Shown one piece after another: positions 37,329-46,456 of a DNA stretch of 64,000 bases (position 1 is the first letter of the stretch; the number at the start of each line of letters is the position of its first letter). This DNA comes from Dehalococcoidia bacterium. GTDB lineage: Bacteria; Chloroflexota; Dehalococcoidia; Lucifugimonadales; UBA2985. The notes under the pieces were generated by a model, which had not been told where the DNA came from, searched no databases, and was given only the letters and a program-made list of their open reading frames with translations. The stretch is from NCBI GenBank assembly GCA_965247535.1, contig OZ252018.1, positions 437,046 to 501,045 of the forward strand, read 5' to 3'. Made by a program: the position numbers and the translations under genes.

Positions 37329-38033
37329 ATGAGAGCCATACTACTGCTCCTGCTGGCAACCCTCATCCTGGCGCTCGCCTGCGAGGCCGAGCCCACCGCC
37401 ACAACGGCGCCGACTCTTCCGCCAACCATTAACCCGGGGCCCGCGCCCAGCGAGACGCCGGAGCTGACGCCAACGGCCGTGCCGACTCTCCCCCCAACGG
37501 CCACGTCGCCGCCCACCGACACGTCGGCGCCGACGGCGACGCTCACGCCAACCGCAACGCCTGCGCCGGGATTCGGTGAGGGCACATGGCGCGTGGGCGC
37601 CGAGCTCGAACCTGGAATCTACGCTGCGCCGGGAGGCGGCTTCTGTTACTGGGAGCGCCTGGCCGGCTTCGGCGGGGACCTGGACGACATCATCGCCAAT
37701 GACCTGGGCGCTTATAGGCACGTCGTGCACATTGTTAAATCTGACGCGGGCTTCAATAGCTCGGGATGCGGACGCTGGACGCCCATTGACCACGCGATCA
37801 TGCCCGTCACCAGCATACCGGATGGTACCTGGCTGGTCGGTGATGAGGTCTCACCTGGCACTTACGCCGCTCCGGGAGGGGAGTTTTGCTACTGGGCGCG
37901 CCTGAGAGGGTTCACGGGCGACCTGGATGACATCATCACCAATGACTTGGGCGAAGCACGCCACCTGGTGGATATCGCACCCACCGACGCCGGATTCCAG
38001 AGCTCCGGTTGCGGGGAGTGGAATCCGGCCTAG
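37329..38033 (+). CDS. Lipoprotein with a TP-rich linker and two copies of a 2-Cys module
   Basis: Lipobox LALAC. Repeats GTW(R/L)VG.E..PG.YAAPGG.FCYW.RL.GF.GDLDDII.NDLG...H.V.I...DAGF.SSGCG.W.P occur twice. Confidence 0.7.
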   Translation: MRAILLLLLATLILALACEAEPTATTAPTLPPTINPGPAPSETPELTPTAVPTLPPTATSPPTDTSAPTATLTPTATPAPGFGEGTWRVGAELEPGIYAAPGGGFCYWERLAGFGGDLDDIIANDLGAYRHVVHIVKSDAGFNSSGCGRWTPIDHAIMPVTSIPDGTWLVGDEVSPGTYAAPGGEFCYWARLRGFTGDLDDIITNDLGEARHLVDIAPTDAGFQSSGCGEWNPA

Positions 38034-38108
38034 CATGGCGCTGCCCCTCTACGGGGACAACTCCCAAGCCTGTTGCGGAGCTGAAAGGCGCGGCGCCACC
38101 CGAGAAGG

Positions 38109-38675
38109 ATGATGGCAATGTCAGGAAAGTCTACGTGGGGCAATCGGCTTCTGATCTCGCTCATTCCGCTTGGAGTGCTAGGGGTTGTGGCATTCATTGC
38201 CTACGCAATCTCGGTTTCTGCTCCCGGGGACGAGATCGACAGCCCGTGGGAGGTCTTCTGGACTTCCTGCACGTTCTTCATCTGGTTGGCGTGGTGGATC
38301 GCCTTGCCGACGGGCATTGTGCTCAAGGTTTGGGGCGGCGCCGAGACGCGCCGGGTCTACCGGGAGGCACGCCAGTACGCCGAGATGCACAACCGGCAGC
38401 AGATCTCGGACACTACCTGGAAGGGCTACAGGCCAAGGAACGTGGTCATGACCGTATCGCAGGCGTTCGAGAGGCCCACCTATATCCTCTCCGTCGAGCA
38501 CGAGGGCGAGTCCGTCACGACGGACGGGTTCTCACGCTCCGTGTACGCGCTCAGGTTCGCCGACTTCCTGTGGGACCACGTCATGTCCGGTAGATCGCAC
38601 GTGGACGCCGAGGCGATGCGGGCTGCGCGCCGTGAATGGGGAAGCCGCTACCCACAGCTATCGTCCGGCAGATAG
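38109..38675 (+). CDS. Hypothetical membrane protein
   Basis: 188 aa with two hydrophobic helices followed by a soluble tail. No motif recognised. Confidence 0.5.
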   Translation: MMAMSGKSTWGNRLLISLIPLGVLGVVAFIAYAISVSAPGDEIDSPWEVFWTSCTFFIWLAWWIALPTGIVLKVWGGAETRRVYREARQYAEMHNRQQISDTTWKGYRPRNVVMTVSQAFERPTYILSVEHEGESVTTDGFSRSVYALRFADFLWDHVMSGRSHVDAEAMRAARREWGSRYPQLSSGR

Positions 38676-38794
38676 CCGCCAGCATCGGAACGATAGAGGG
38701 AGGGAGGTCGATCCATGTGGGAAGAGTTCTTTGGGACCATCTGGCGCTTTTTGGCGGGCGTCTTCAATATGGTGTCGGCATCCCAAACTGCGGA

Positions 38795-40081
38795 CTAGCT
38801 CGAACGGCGAGCCGAACGTTCCGCTGCTCTCTCTGCTTCCTCTGGAGGCTTGAGGTTGCGGAACATGAAGAATAGGGCTATATCGTACGCAATCTTCAGC
38901 ACTGCACAGCCAATCAACGGCGCGCTGGCCGAGACGGCCTGCCACAGGGCCGTCGCTACGGTTGGCCCACCGATTCCCGAAACACTCCTTCCAACGGTGT
39001 GAATGCCTGCCATTGCTACTCGCTCCTCAGGCCCTACCACCGCCATTATGTACGACGTGCGGGTGGGCACGTCCATCTGGCCCAGGAAGGAGCGAAGCTG
39101 CCAGAAAACCACGGCGAGTGTGGCTGAAGGAGCGAATGCGGCCCCTATCAGGAACAGGTTCGCCGGTATGTGCGTGAACACCATGGTGTTTATCAGGCCT
39201 ATTCTGGCGGCTATCCTGGCGGCCAGCCACAGAGATATGGCTGAAAGTAACTGGGAAAAGAAGAACACAAGGGCCAGTGCCCCAAGCTCCAAGCCGAACC
39301 GTGTGCTGAACCAGTAGGCAACCAGGCTTTGAAGCAGCAAAGACCCCGCAAAGTTGTCAACGCTGAACAGCGCCGTGAGAGTGAATATTATCCGCCTTGA
39401 AGGGAGAGCCAGCGGGTTCATCCAGCGTCTGGCCTCGGCTCGCACCTCTACACCGGAGGAGAGCAGGCTGTAGAGCAGCGCCACGACAAGCAGAAGCACA
39501 ACAAATGCGACAAACATCACCTTGAAGGCGCCAAGCTCGCTGGCTCCGAACCGGCTCTGGAAGACCTCCGGAAGTCCCGCCGCCAGCGCGCCGACGGCGG
39601 CCGCCCCGGTGGAGGCGATCCCATACACCGCAAACAGGTCCGTTCGCCGCGCTGCAGGGGCCGCGTCGGCCAGGCTCGCCTGTTCCAGTGGCTGAGTCGG
39701 CTGTGCGCCGCCGCCGCCGCCGACTCCGCTCAGGGTGCCCAGAAACGCAAAGGCCGTCAGTACCGCAACGTCGTTAGTCACGACCAGCACCACACCGGCG
39801 GCGGCCGTCGTCAGTGTCAGCGCCACCATCAGGCGGCGCCGGCCCACTTTCTCAGCCATCAGTGACACAAAGAACGAAAAGAGCGCCGCACCGGCAACAC
39901 CAAAGCTGAAGAACACCCCAATCTGCGTGAGCGTGAAGCCCAGCAGGTCCAGGTAGACCGCAAATAGCACCGCAATGGAACCCTGGGCAAAAGCTCGCGC
40001 AGACCTGGCCAGGATGATTATCTTGCCGTCACGGCTCACCCAGCCAAGGGGAAGAACTCTACTTTGCAGCATATTTGGCAT
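38795..40081 (-). CDS. MFS transporter
   Basis: 428 aa with about 12 hydrophobic helices and a central loop. Confidence 0.75.
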   Translation of the reverse strand: MPNMLQSRVLPLGWVSRDGKIIILARSARAFAQGSIAVLFAVYLDLLGFTLTQIGVFFSFGVAGAALFSFFVSLMAEKVGRRRLMVALTLTTAAAGVVLVVTNDVAVLTAFAFLGTLSGVGGGGGAQPTQPLEQASLADAAPAARRTDLFAVYGIASTGAAAVGALAAGLPEVFQSRFGASELGAFKVMFVAFVVLLLVVALLYSLLSSGVEVRAEARRWMNPLALPSRRIIFTLTALFSVDNFAGSLLLQSLVAYWFSTRFGLELGALALVFFFSQLLSAISLWLAARIAARIGLINTMVFTHIPANLFLIGAAFAPSATLAVVFWQLRSFLGQMDVPTRTSYIMAVVGPEERVAMAGIHTVGRSVSGIGGPTVATALWQAVSASAPLIGCAVLKIAYDIALFFMFRNLKPPEEAERAAERSARRSS

Positions 40082-40287
40082 CGCGCCCCGTCAGGCCTCC
40101 TGGGCTGCTCTTTCTACTACCTCTGGGGGCAGCACATTGCGGAACCGGCCACTGAGCGAAGTGAATTGTAGCACGATCAGCACCAGATGGACGGCCAACC
40201 GGGGCATCGGGTATACGGCTGTGCAGGTTCTCAGCGAGAATTGGATACTGGAAGGCGCAGATATATCAGGTAGTGCTGACTTGAGGC

Positions 40288-40362
40288 TGGCTCCCCGAGT
40301 AGGATTCGAACCTACGACCTAGCGGTTAACAGCCGCCCGCTCTACCGCTGAGCTATCGGGGA
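40288..40362 (-). tRNA. tRNA-Asn (anticodon GTT), CCA encoded
   Basis: The minus strand reads TCCCCGATAGCTCAGCGGTAGAGCGGGCGGCTGTTAACCGCTAGGTCGTAGGTTCGAATCCTACTCGGGGAGCCA. Confidence 0.9.
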
Positions 40363-40518
40363 TTGACGACGCGGAGGTACGGCGGTCTCGCGCGGTGTCC
40401 GTTCCTCCGTCCAACTGCGGATTATAGCACTGCAGCTGTGGGGCAACAAGGCGCGCTCGGTGCAGCGCGATCGCGGCCTGCCGCGGGCACGCGCCGAAGG
40501 TTGGGCTCGCCGGCCGCG

Positions 40519-41214
40519 ATGACTCGAGACGCGATACGGGCTATAATTGGTCTTCGACCTGCCCGGGGGAAGGCATACTTGTCACTCTCAGCTATAAGGG
40601 ACTTCATAACGGACATTCTCGAGACCGTGTCGCTGGCTCTCGTGATCTTCTTTCTGCTCCAGTCCTCGGTGCGCAACTACCGGGTGGAGCTCTCCAGCAT
40701 GGAGCCGACCCTTTCTCACGAGGACAGGCTGATCGTGAACAAGCTGGTCTACTTCAATCTGGACGCGGAGGCACTGGACCGCCTGGTGCCCTTCTGGGAC
40801 ATCTGGGAGGAGGACAACCTGCTGTACCCATTCCATGACCCCCAGCGCGCGGAGGTGATCGTATTCCAGTATCCTTATGATCCAACCAGGGACTTCGTGA
40901 AGAGAGTTATCGGTCTGCCGGGCGAGACCGTTTCGATCCAGCGCGGCACGGTATACATCGACGGTGAAGTGATCGATGAGCCGTACCTGGCGGAGAGTGG
41001 CCTGGACAACCTGGCTCCGGTGCTGGTCCCGCCCAACAGCTACTTTGTGATGGGCGACAACCGGCGCGGCAGCAGCGATTCGAGGCACTGGGGGCCCGTG
41101 CCAATAGACAACGTCGTGGGGAAGGTGGTGGTGCGATACTGGCCCTTCTCCGAGCTTTCGTTCATACCGGTAGACCCATCGCCGGACGCGTCCGGCGCCA
41201 TTGATAATCGATAG
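40519..41214 (+). CDS. lepB: Signal peptidase I
   Basis: ATG 40519; the longer ORF would overlap tRNA-Asn. Catalytic Ser box SSMEPTL, plus VKRVIGLPGE and GDNRRGSSDSRHWGPV. Confidence 0.9.
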   Translation: MTRDAIRAIIGLRPARGKAYLSLSAIRDFITDILETVSLALVIFFLLQSSVRNYRVELSSMEPTLSHEDRLIVNKLVYFNLDAEALDRLVPFWDIWEEDNLLYPFHDPQRAEVIVFQYPYDPTRDFVKRVIGLPGETVSIQRGTVYIDGEVIDEPYLAESGLDNLAPVLVPPNSYFVMGDNRRGSSDSRHWGPVPIDNVVGKVVVRYWPFSELSFIPVDPSPDASGAIDNR

Positions 41215-41244
41215 CGCGTTGGTTAGAATCGGCGATACGGCGAG

Positions 41245-41321
41245 GGGCCGTTAGCTCAGCCTGGCAGAGCTCCGGACTTTTAATCCGGGAGTCCAGGGTT
41301 CGAATCCCTGACGGCCCACCA
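41245..41321 (+). tRNA. tRNA-Lys (anticodon TTT), CCA encoded
   Basis: GGGCCGTTAGCTCAGCCTGGCAGAGCTCCGGACTTTTAATCCGGGAGTCCAGGGTTCGAATCCCTGACGGCCCACCA. Confidence 0.9.
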
Positions 41322-41330
41322 ACGGCAAGA

Positions 41331-41376
41331 GTAGATAGAACCGTCTTCGAGATGTGGCTTGGCGGACTGTGAGCCA
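41331..41376 (-). repeat. Inverted partial copy of the tRNA-flank repeat (second half of the unit)
   Basis: The reverse complement tggctcacagtccgccaagccacatctcgaagacggttctatctac aligns to 35365-35412. Confidence 0.65.
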
Positions 41377-41385
41377 ACATTCGCA

Positions 41386-43426
41386 CTTCACAAAAGACAC
41401 GAATTACTCAGGAACTCGTGGGAAGTGGACTTGAAGCCAGCCCACAGTGAGAGGTGACCGCCTACTGCCATTGACACCTCTCGAGCACATGCTTTCGCAA
41501 CTGCCCAGTGCCTGATCACGGCTTGATAGTCTAATGGAACTTCTCTAGTATGAAATAAACTGATGGAGATGACCTTGCTGTCTTCTCCCAGAGGTGTACG
41601 CCTCTGTTGGTAGTCGGGTCCGGTCAGTAGAGGTCTGATCCACGGAGATTTCGCTAACGACGGAGGGTTGACGGCCATGACCATATCAATATCAGTACCT
41701 GGGCCAACCGAACCCTGCAACATCGAATTGGCTCCCGGCGAGATTCTGTACGTGCTCGGTGCAAACGGGACCGGTAAGTCAGCCCTTGTCCACCGTCTGA
41801 ATTCTGATCATAGGACAAAGTCACACTGGGTTCCTCCACATCGTCGGACGTGGTTGCAGTCTGGTGGGTCTAACTTAACGGCGGCCGACAAGCAAGAGCA
41901 AGAAACCAATCTGCAAAGCCTGGCCACCCGACCTGACGCTCGATGGATGGATCACAATCCTGAAGTTCGGGTGAATATGGCAATATTTGATCTGATCCAC
42001 AAGCGAAGCCAGCTGAGTCAGGAAATAGCCGACGCATTCCGTGCGGGAGATAAGGCGCGGGGACAGGAATTGATAGGGCGTGACGAAGATCCATTAGTGG
42101 CCCTGAGCGGTTTGTTGACTAATGCCAACTTGCCCTTCGAATTCTCAGTAGACAGGAACGCAACGATCGTCGTGACCAAGGCCGGGATAGAACCATATAG
42201 TGCGGCAGAGATGTCGGATGGAGAACGTAACGCTTTGCTGCTGGCCGCGGAGGTACTGACGGTACCTGCAGACACATTAATCCTGATCGACGAGCCCGAG
42301 CAGCATTTGCATAGGTCGATAGTGTCGCCGCTTCTCAATGGCCTCTTTTCCAAGAGGCCCGACTGCATGTTCGTAGTGTCCACTCACGAATTGACGCTGC
42401 CTCCCGACAATCCAGCATCCAAGATATTGCTTGTCAGGAGTTGCACTTATCAAGGTGGCACCGCTGTGGCCTGGGACGTTGATCTGGTAAACTCACCGAT
42501 CGAGATCGACGAGGACCTAAAGACGGATGTCTTGGGTGCCCGACGCACCGTGGTATTTGTGGAGGGGGAAAGAAGCAGCCTAGATACGCCTCTCTACAGC
42601 TTGATTTCCCCTTGTGTATCAGTCATTCCCCGAGGAACGCGGAAGTCTGTAGAAGATGCGGTAAAGAGCATCCGTGCGTCAAGTGCACTGCACCGCGTCA
42701 AGGCTTACGGACTCGTGGATAGCGACGGTCGAAACACTGCCGAAGACGTAAGCGAACTGAGGGAAGAGGGCATCTACCCGATCGAGGTCTACTCAGTCGA
42801 GTCCATTTACTTCGATCAGAGGCTCCAAGAGGAAGTGGCCAAGAGACGGACCAACCTAGCCGGCGATAATGTTTCGTCTCGCCTGGAACCTGCAAGCGCC
42901 GCGGCGATAAACGCAATCAGGAACAGTGCCGATCATCTAGCCAGGCTTGCAGCGGGACGCAAGCTACGGGAGGCAATGCTGAAACACCTGCCAAACCCAA
43001 AGACATCCCCCCTAGACCAACCAATTCAGATCGATATGGATGCTCCGGGCATACTGCAACAAGAGCGCCAGGCGCTAGATGAGTTGATTGATGCCAACGA
43101 CCTTGGCGCCATCATACGACAATATCCAATTAGGAGGACCAGTGCTCTCGATCATATCTCGAAGCACCTTGGTCTCGACGACGAGAAAGAGTACGCAAGG
43201 GCGGTTCTCCAACTTCTGAAAGACGACGAAGACATGCTTAAGCATGTGAGAGAACTAATCGGGCCATTGCCGAGCGATATCCTCTCAGATGACTGAGTCC
43301 GAGTGCGATAACCGTGATCCCACGAAACGTCCTGTCATACAGGCGTAGCCTGGTTCGGTCTCTTCCGGTGATTCTGTCGTCTTCAGGAATCTCAAGCGGG
43401 CGAATTAGCTGCCCCTAACATTCGCA
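41386..43426 (+). mobile_element. Candidate inserted ~2-kb cassette carrying the ATPase-Toprim gene
   Basis: AACATTCGCA occurs at 41376-41385 and again at 43417-43426 as a direct repeat. The interior is AT-rich. It sits beside tRNA-Lys between repeat-family copies. Confidence 0.45.
41668..43296 (+). CDS. ABC-type ATPase fused to a Toprim/DUF4435-like domain (OLD-family or fused PARIS AriA-AriB-like defence candidate)
   Basis: Walker A GANGTGKS, signature-like MSDGERNALLLA, Walker B LILIDEPEQHLH, H-loop VVSTHE. These are followed by VVFVEGERSSLD and AYGLVDSDGRN (Toprim E and DxD). Confidence 0.7.
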   Translation: MTAMTISISVPGPTEPCNIELAPGEILYVLGANGTGKSALVHRLNSDHRTKSHWVPPHRRTWLQSGGSNLTAADKQEQETNLQSLATRPDARWMDHNPEVRVNMAIFDLIHKRSQLSQEIADAFRAGDKARGQELIGRDEDPLVALSGLLTNANLPFEFSVDRNATIVVTKAGIEPYSAAEMSDGERNALLLAAEVLTVPADTLILIDEPEQHLHRSIVSPLLNGLFSKRPDCMFVVSTHELTLPPDNPASKILLVRSCTYQGGTAVAWDVDLVNSPIEIDEDLKTDVLGARRTVVFVEGERSSLDTPLYSLISPCVSVIPRGTRKSVEDAVKSIRASSALHRVKAYGLVDSDGRNTAEDVSELREEGIYPIEVYSVESIYFDQRLQEEVAKRRTNLAGDNVSSRLEPASAAAINAIRNSADHLARLAAGRKLREAMLKHLPNPKTSPLDQPIQIDMDAPGILQQERQALDELIDANDLGAIIRQYPIRRTSALDHISKHLGLDDEKEYARAVLQLLKDDEDMLKHVRELIGPLPSDILSDD

Positions 43427-43439
43427 GTACAGTACACTT

Positions 43440-43525
43440 GGTCCACCAGAAGAGGCTCGAAATCCCCTTAAGGGTCGCGGTGCCAAGGATCACAGTGCCA
43501 CCATCAACTCAAACTTGGTACTGCG
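43440..43525 (+). repeat. Full-length copy of the tRNA-flank repeat family
   Basis: ggtccaccagaagaggctcgaaatccccttaagggtcgcggtgccaaggatcacagtgccaccatcaactcaaacttggtac aligns to the units at 35319-35635. Confidence 0.6.
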
Positions 43526-43831
43526 TTCAGTCAAGTAAGGCCCACCATCGGTCACGGGTGGCCAAGACGCGCCCTCGACAGAGGTTCAGCGCCGTGCCCT
43601 ACGCCTCAGGGGCCGGAGGTGTGCGCCACAGGAAGGTTCTGCCGAGGCAACTTCCCAAATGAAGTCGATCCCCCGACGAGTAGGTAAACTTTGCTAAGGC
43701 AAGCTGCGGCCACATAGCCGGTTGCTGGTCGGATGAGGGCATAGCCTGTACGATGCAGGAGAGGCTGGGACTCGCAACACGACGGCACGACCTCCAGTTG
43801 CGCCGCAGGATCACTGGATTGGGAGGTACCG

Positions 43832-44575
43832 ATGAAGAATTCTGAGCAACACGACTACTCCGCCGCAGAGTGGCAAGCTCGCGTGGATCTGGCGGCTGCA
43901 TATCGCCTAACTGACCACTTCGGCATGACAACGCTCATCTACAACCACATTACGTCGCGTGTCCCGGGCACGGAAGACCAGTTCCTCATCAATGAGTACG
44001 GTCTCGGGTACGACGAGGTCACAGCGTCCAACCTGGTCAGGATCGACATGGACGGGAACATTCTCGACGAAGGCGATCACCGTATCAACGTCACCGGCTA
44101 CGTCATCCACTCAGCGGTCCACGCGGCAAGGCACGACGTGACCTGCGTGATGCACACCCATACGCCCTACGGAATGGCCGTATCGGTGATGGCGACGGGC
44201 CTGCTGCCACTTCAGCAAGATGGCTACCAATTCCATGAGCGCATTGCCTACCATGAGTTCGAGGGAGTAGCCGTCGATATCGATGAGCGAGAACGGCTCG
44301 TGACCGACCTCGGCGACAAGAATGCGATGATAATGCGCAATCACGGCCTGCTGACCGTGGGCCGCTCCGTCGCTGAGGCATGGCTCCGGATGTGGCAGCT
44401 TGAGCAGGCCTGCAAGGTCCAGGTCCTGGCTCAATCGACTGGCCAACCCATCCGCCAGGCGCCTGTGCCCGCCATTGAGAAGACAGCTGCCCTGTCCGAC
44501 AACGAGCCCGTGGCCCTGGAGTGGGCCTGGCTTCTGCGGACAATCGACCGGAAGGACTCGTCGTACAGGACGTAG
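43832..44575 (+). CDS. Class II aldolase/adducin-family protein
   Basis: 247 aa with the HTHTPYGMA metal-binding segment. Confidence 0.85.
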   Translation: MKNSEQHDYSAAEWQARVDLAAAYRLTDHFGMTTLIYNHITSRVPGTEDQFLINEYGLGYDEVTASNLVRIDMDGNILDEGDHRINVTGYVIHSAVHAARHDVTCVMHTHTPYGMAVSVMATGLLPLQQDGYQFHERIAYHEFEGVAVDIDERERLVTDLGDKNAMIMRNHGLLTVGRSVAEAWLRMWQLEQACKVQVLAQSTGQPIRQAPVPAIEKTAALSDNEPVALEWAWLLRTIDRKDSSYRT

Positions 44576-44718
44576 CCAACGCGGCAGGGTGCGTCCATGC
44601 GCGCCCAGATACGGCGGCCGGCAGTCTGGCGCCGTCCACGCGGCAGTCCGGCGCGCACAATCCTCGCTACGATGTGGTATAATTCGTAAGGTATCTCTAT
44701 TCATCCGGGAGTGCTGTC

Positions 44719-45840
44719 ATGGAAGATGTTTTCAGAGAAGCGCAGAATCTGCTCAGCGACGGTCGGCCCTTTGTGATTGCCACAGTTGTGGGCACCAAGG
44801 GTTCCACGCCCCAGAAGCCGGGAGCCAAGCTCCTGGTGAGGGAGGACGGCAGCGGCGTGGGCACCCTGGGCGGCGGCTGCGTCGAGGGTGACATCTGGTT
44901 TGCCGCCAAGATGCTCCTGAAGGAAGGCGGCGGCCCGACGATCACCGACTACGAGCTGAACGAGGACATCGCCGCGAGGGAGGGCCTGGTCTGCGGCGGC
45001 ACAATGTACTTCCTCATCGATCCGGTACTGGAGCCTGACGCCGTTCGGCCCACGGTCAGCAGCATCGTGGACGCATACGACGGCAGCCCCAGCGTGGGCG
45101 TGGCCACTCTGCTGAAGGCCGTGAAAGGCAAGGGGCAGGTTGGCGACAAGATCTGCATCGACGCGGACGGCGAGGCCAAGGGCTCACTGGGCGACCCCGC
45201 CCGCGATGCCGAGGCCGTCGAGGCCCTCCGCGAGCTCGTCGACTTCGGTCGTGTCAAGACGCTGAACACCCAGGACGGAGCGCAGGTCTTCCTGGAGGGG
45301 TTCACCAAGCCTGCCGCGGTCATAGTGGCCGGCGGCGGTCACATAGGCAAGTCCCTGGCTCCGCTAGTCAAGATGATGGGTCTCCGGCTCCACGTTGTGG
45401 ACGACCGGCCGGAGTTCGCCAACAAGGAGCGTTTCCCGGATGCGGACAGCGTTGTGGTGGCGGACTACGCCGAGGGTCTGACGCAGCTGGACATTCGCCC
45501 CAACAGCTCCGTTGTGGTGGCCACCCGCGGCCATCGCGAGGACGACCGTGCGCTGGAGGCAGCGGTCCGCAGCCCCGCGGGCTACGTTGGCCTGGTGGGC
45601 AGCCGTCGCAAGACCATCCTCATCTACGAGGAGCTGCTCAAGAACGGCATCCCGCTGGAGAGGCTGCAGGCCGTGCATGCGCCGGTTGGCCTGGACATCG
45701 GCGCCAAGACGCCGGAGGAGATTGCCATGAGCATCGTGGCGGAGATTGTGGCCTTCCGCGAGGGCCGCTCCGGCAAGGGCATGACCATGGAGAACCGCTA
45801 CCTGCAGCGCATAGCCCAGAAGGTTGGCGTACCGGCCTGA
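44719..45840 (+). CDS. XdhC/CoxI-family molybdoenzyme maturation protein
   Basis: N-terminal XdhC_CoxI-like segment (FVIATVVGTKGSTPQKPGAKLLV) and a Rossmann-like C-terminal half (VIVAGGGHIG). Confidence 0.85.
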   Translation: MEDVFREAQNLLSDGRPFVIATVVGTKGSTPQKPGAKLLVREDGSGVGTLGGGCVEGDIWFAAKMLLKEGGGPTITDYELNEDIAAREGLVCGGTMYFLIDPVLEPDAVRPTVSSIVDAYDGSPSVGVATLLKAVKGKGQVGDKICIDADGEAKGSLGDPARDAEAVEALRELVDFGRVKTLNTQDGAQVFLEGFTKPAAVIVAGGGHIGKSLAPLVKMMGLRLHVVDDRPEFANKERFPDADSVVVADYAEGLTQLDIRPNSSVVVATRGHREDDRALEAAVRSPAGYVGLVGSRRKTILIYEELLKNGIPLERLQAVHAPVGLDIGAKTPEEIAMSIVAEIVAFREGRSGKGMTMENRYLQRIAQKVGVPA

Positions 45841-45850
45841 TCCGTCGTCA

Positions 45851-46456
45851 ATGAGCGGAATCTCGGCCATCCTGCTGGCCGCGGGCGAGTCCACCCGCAT
45901 GGGCCGCCTCAAGGCCCTTCTGCCCTGGCAGGGCGCGACCCTGATCGAGTACCAGGTTGCCTCGCTGCTCGACGCCGGCGTATCGCAGCTTGTGGTGGTC
46001 GTCGGCCATAGAGGCGACGAGGTAGGCGCTCCCATTGCAGGCCGCGCGGGCGTCACCACGGTCGAGAACCCGGACTACCGGCAGGGCAAGACCACGTCCA
46101 TCAAGGCCGGCCTTCGCGCCATATCGCCGGACGCCGCGGCTATCCTGGTGCTCGCCGTCGACCAGCCGCGACCTCCCGACATCCTGGGGACCGTCATCGA
46201 GGCACACCTGTCGCGCTCGCCGCTGATCACCAGCCCCGTCTACGACGGACGCGGCGGCCATCCGATGATCTTCGATGTGGAGCTGCTGCCTGAGCTGGCC
46301 GCCATCACGGAGGAGAGTGAGGGCCTGCGTGAGGTCACGCGCCGGCACGCCTCCGACATCTACAAGCTGGAGCTTGACGACCCGGTCGTGCGGGTGGACG
46401 TCAACACGCCGGAGGACCTGCAGGCGGCCCAGCCTCTGTTCGAGGGCCGCGGCTAG
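45851..46456 (+). CDS. Molybdenum cofactor nucleotidyltransferase (MocA/MobA-like)
   Basis: ATG 45851. ISAILLAAGESTRMGRLKALLPW is the NTP_transf_3 motif. It lies directly after the XdhC-family gene. Confidence 0.8.
   Translation: MSGISAILLAAGESTRMGRLKALLPWQGATLIEYQVASLLDAGVSQLVVVVGHRGDEVGAPIAGRAGVTTVENPDYRQGKTTSIKAGLRAISPDAAAILVLAVDQPRPPDILGTVIEAHLSRSPLITSPVYDGRGGHPMIFDVELLPELAAITEESEGLREVTRRHASDIYKLELDDPVVRVDVNTPEDLQAAQPLFEGRG

Noticed and set aside
41388-41723. 111-aa minus-strand ORF divergent from the ATPase-Toprim gene.
   Set aside because: Its 5' end overlaps the start of the ATPase gene. It has no SD and no recognisable motif. It remains possible as a small partner gene but is unsupported.
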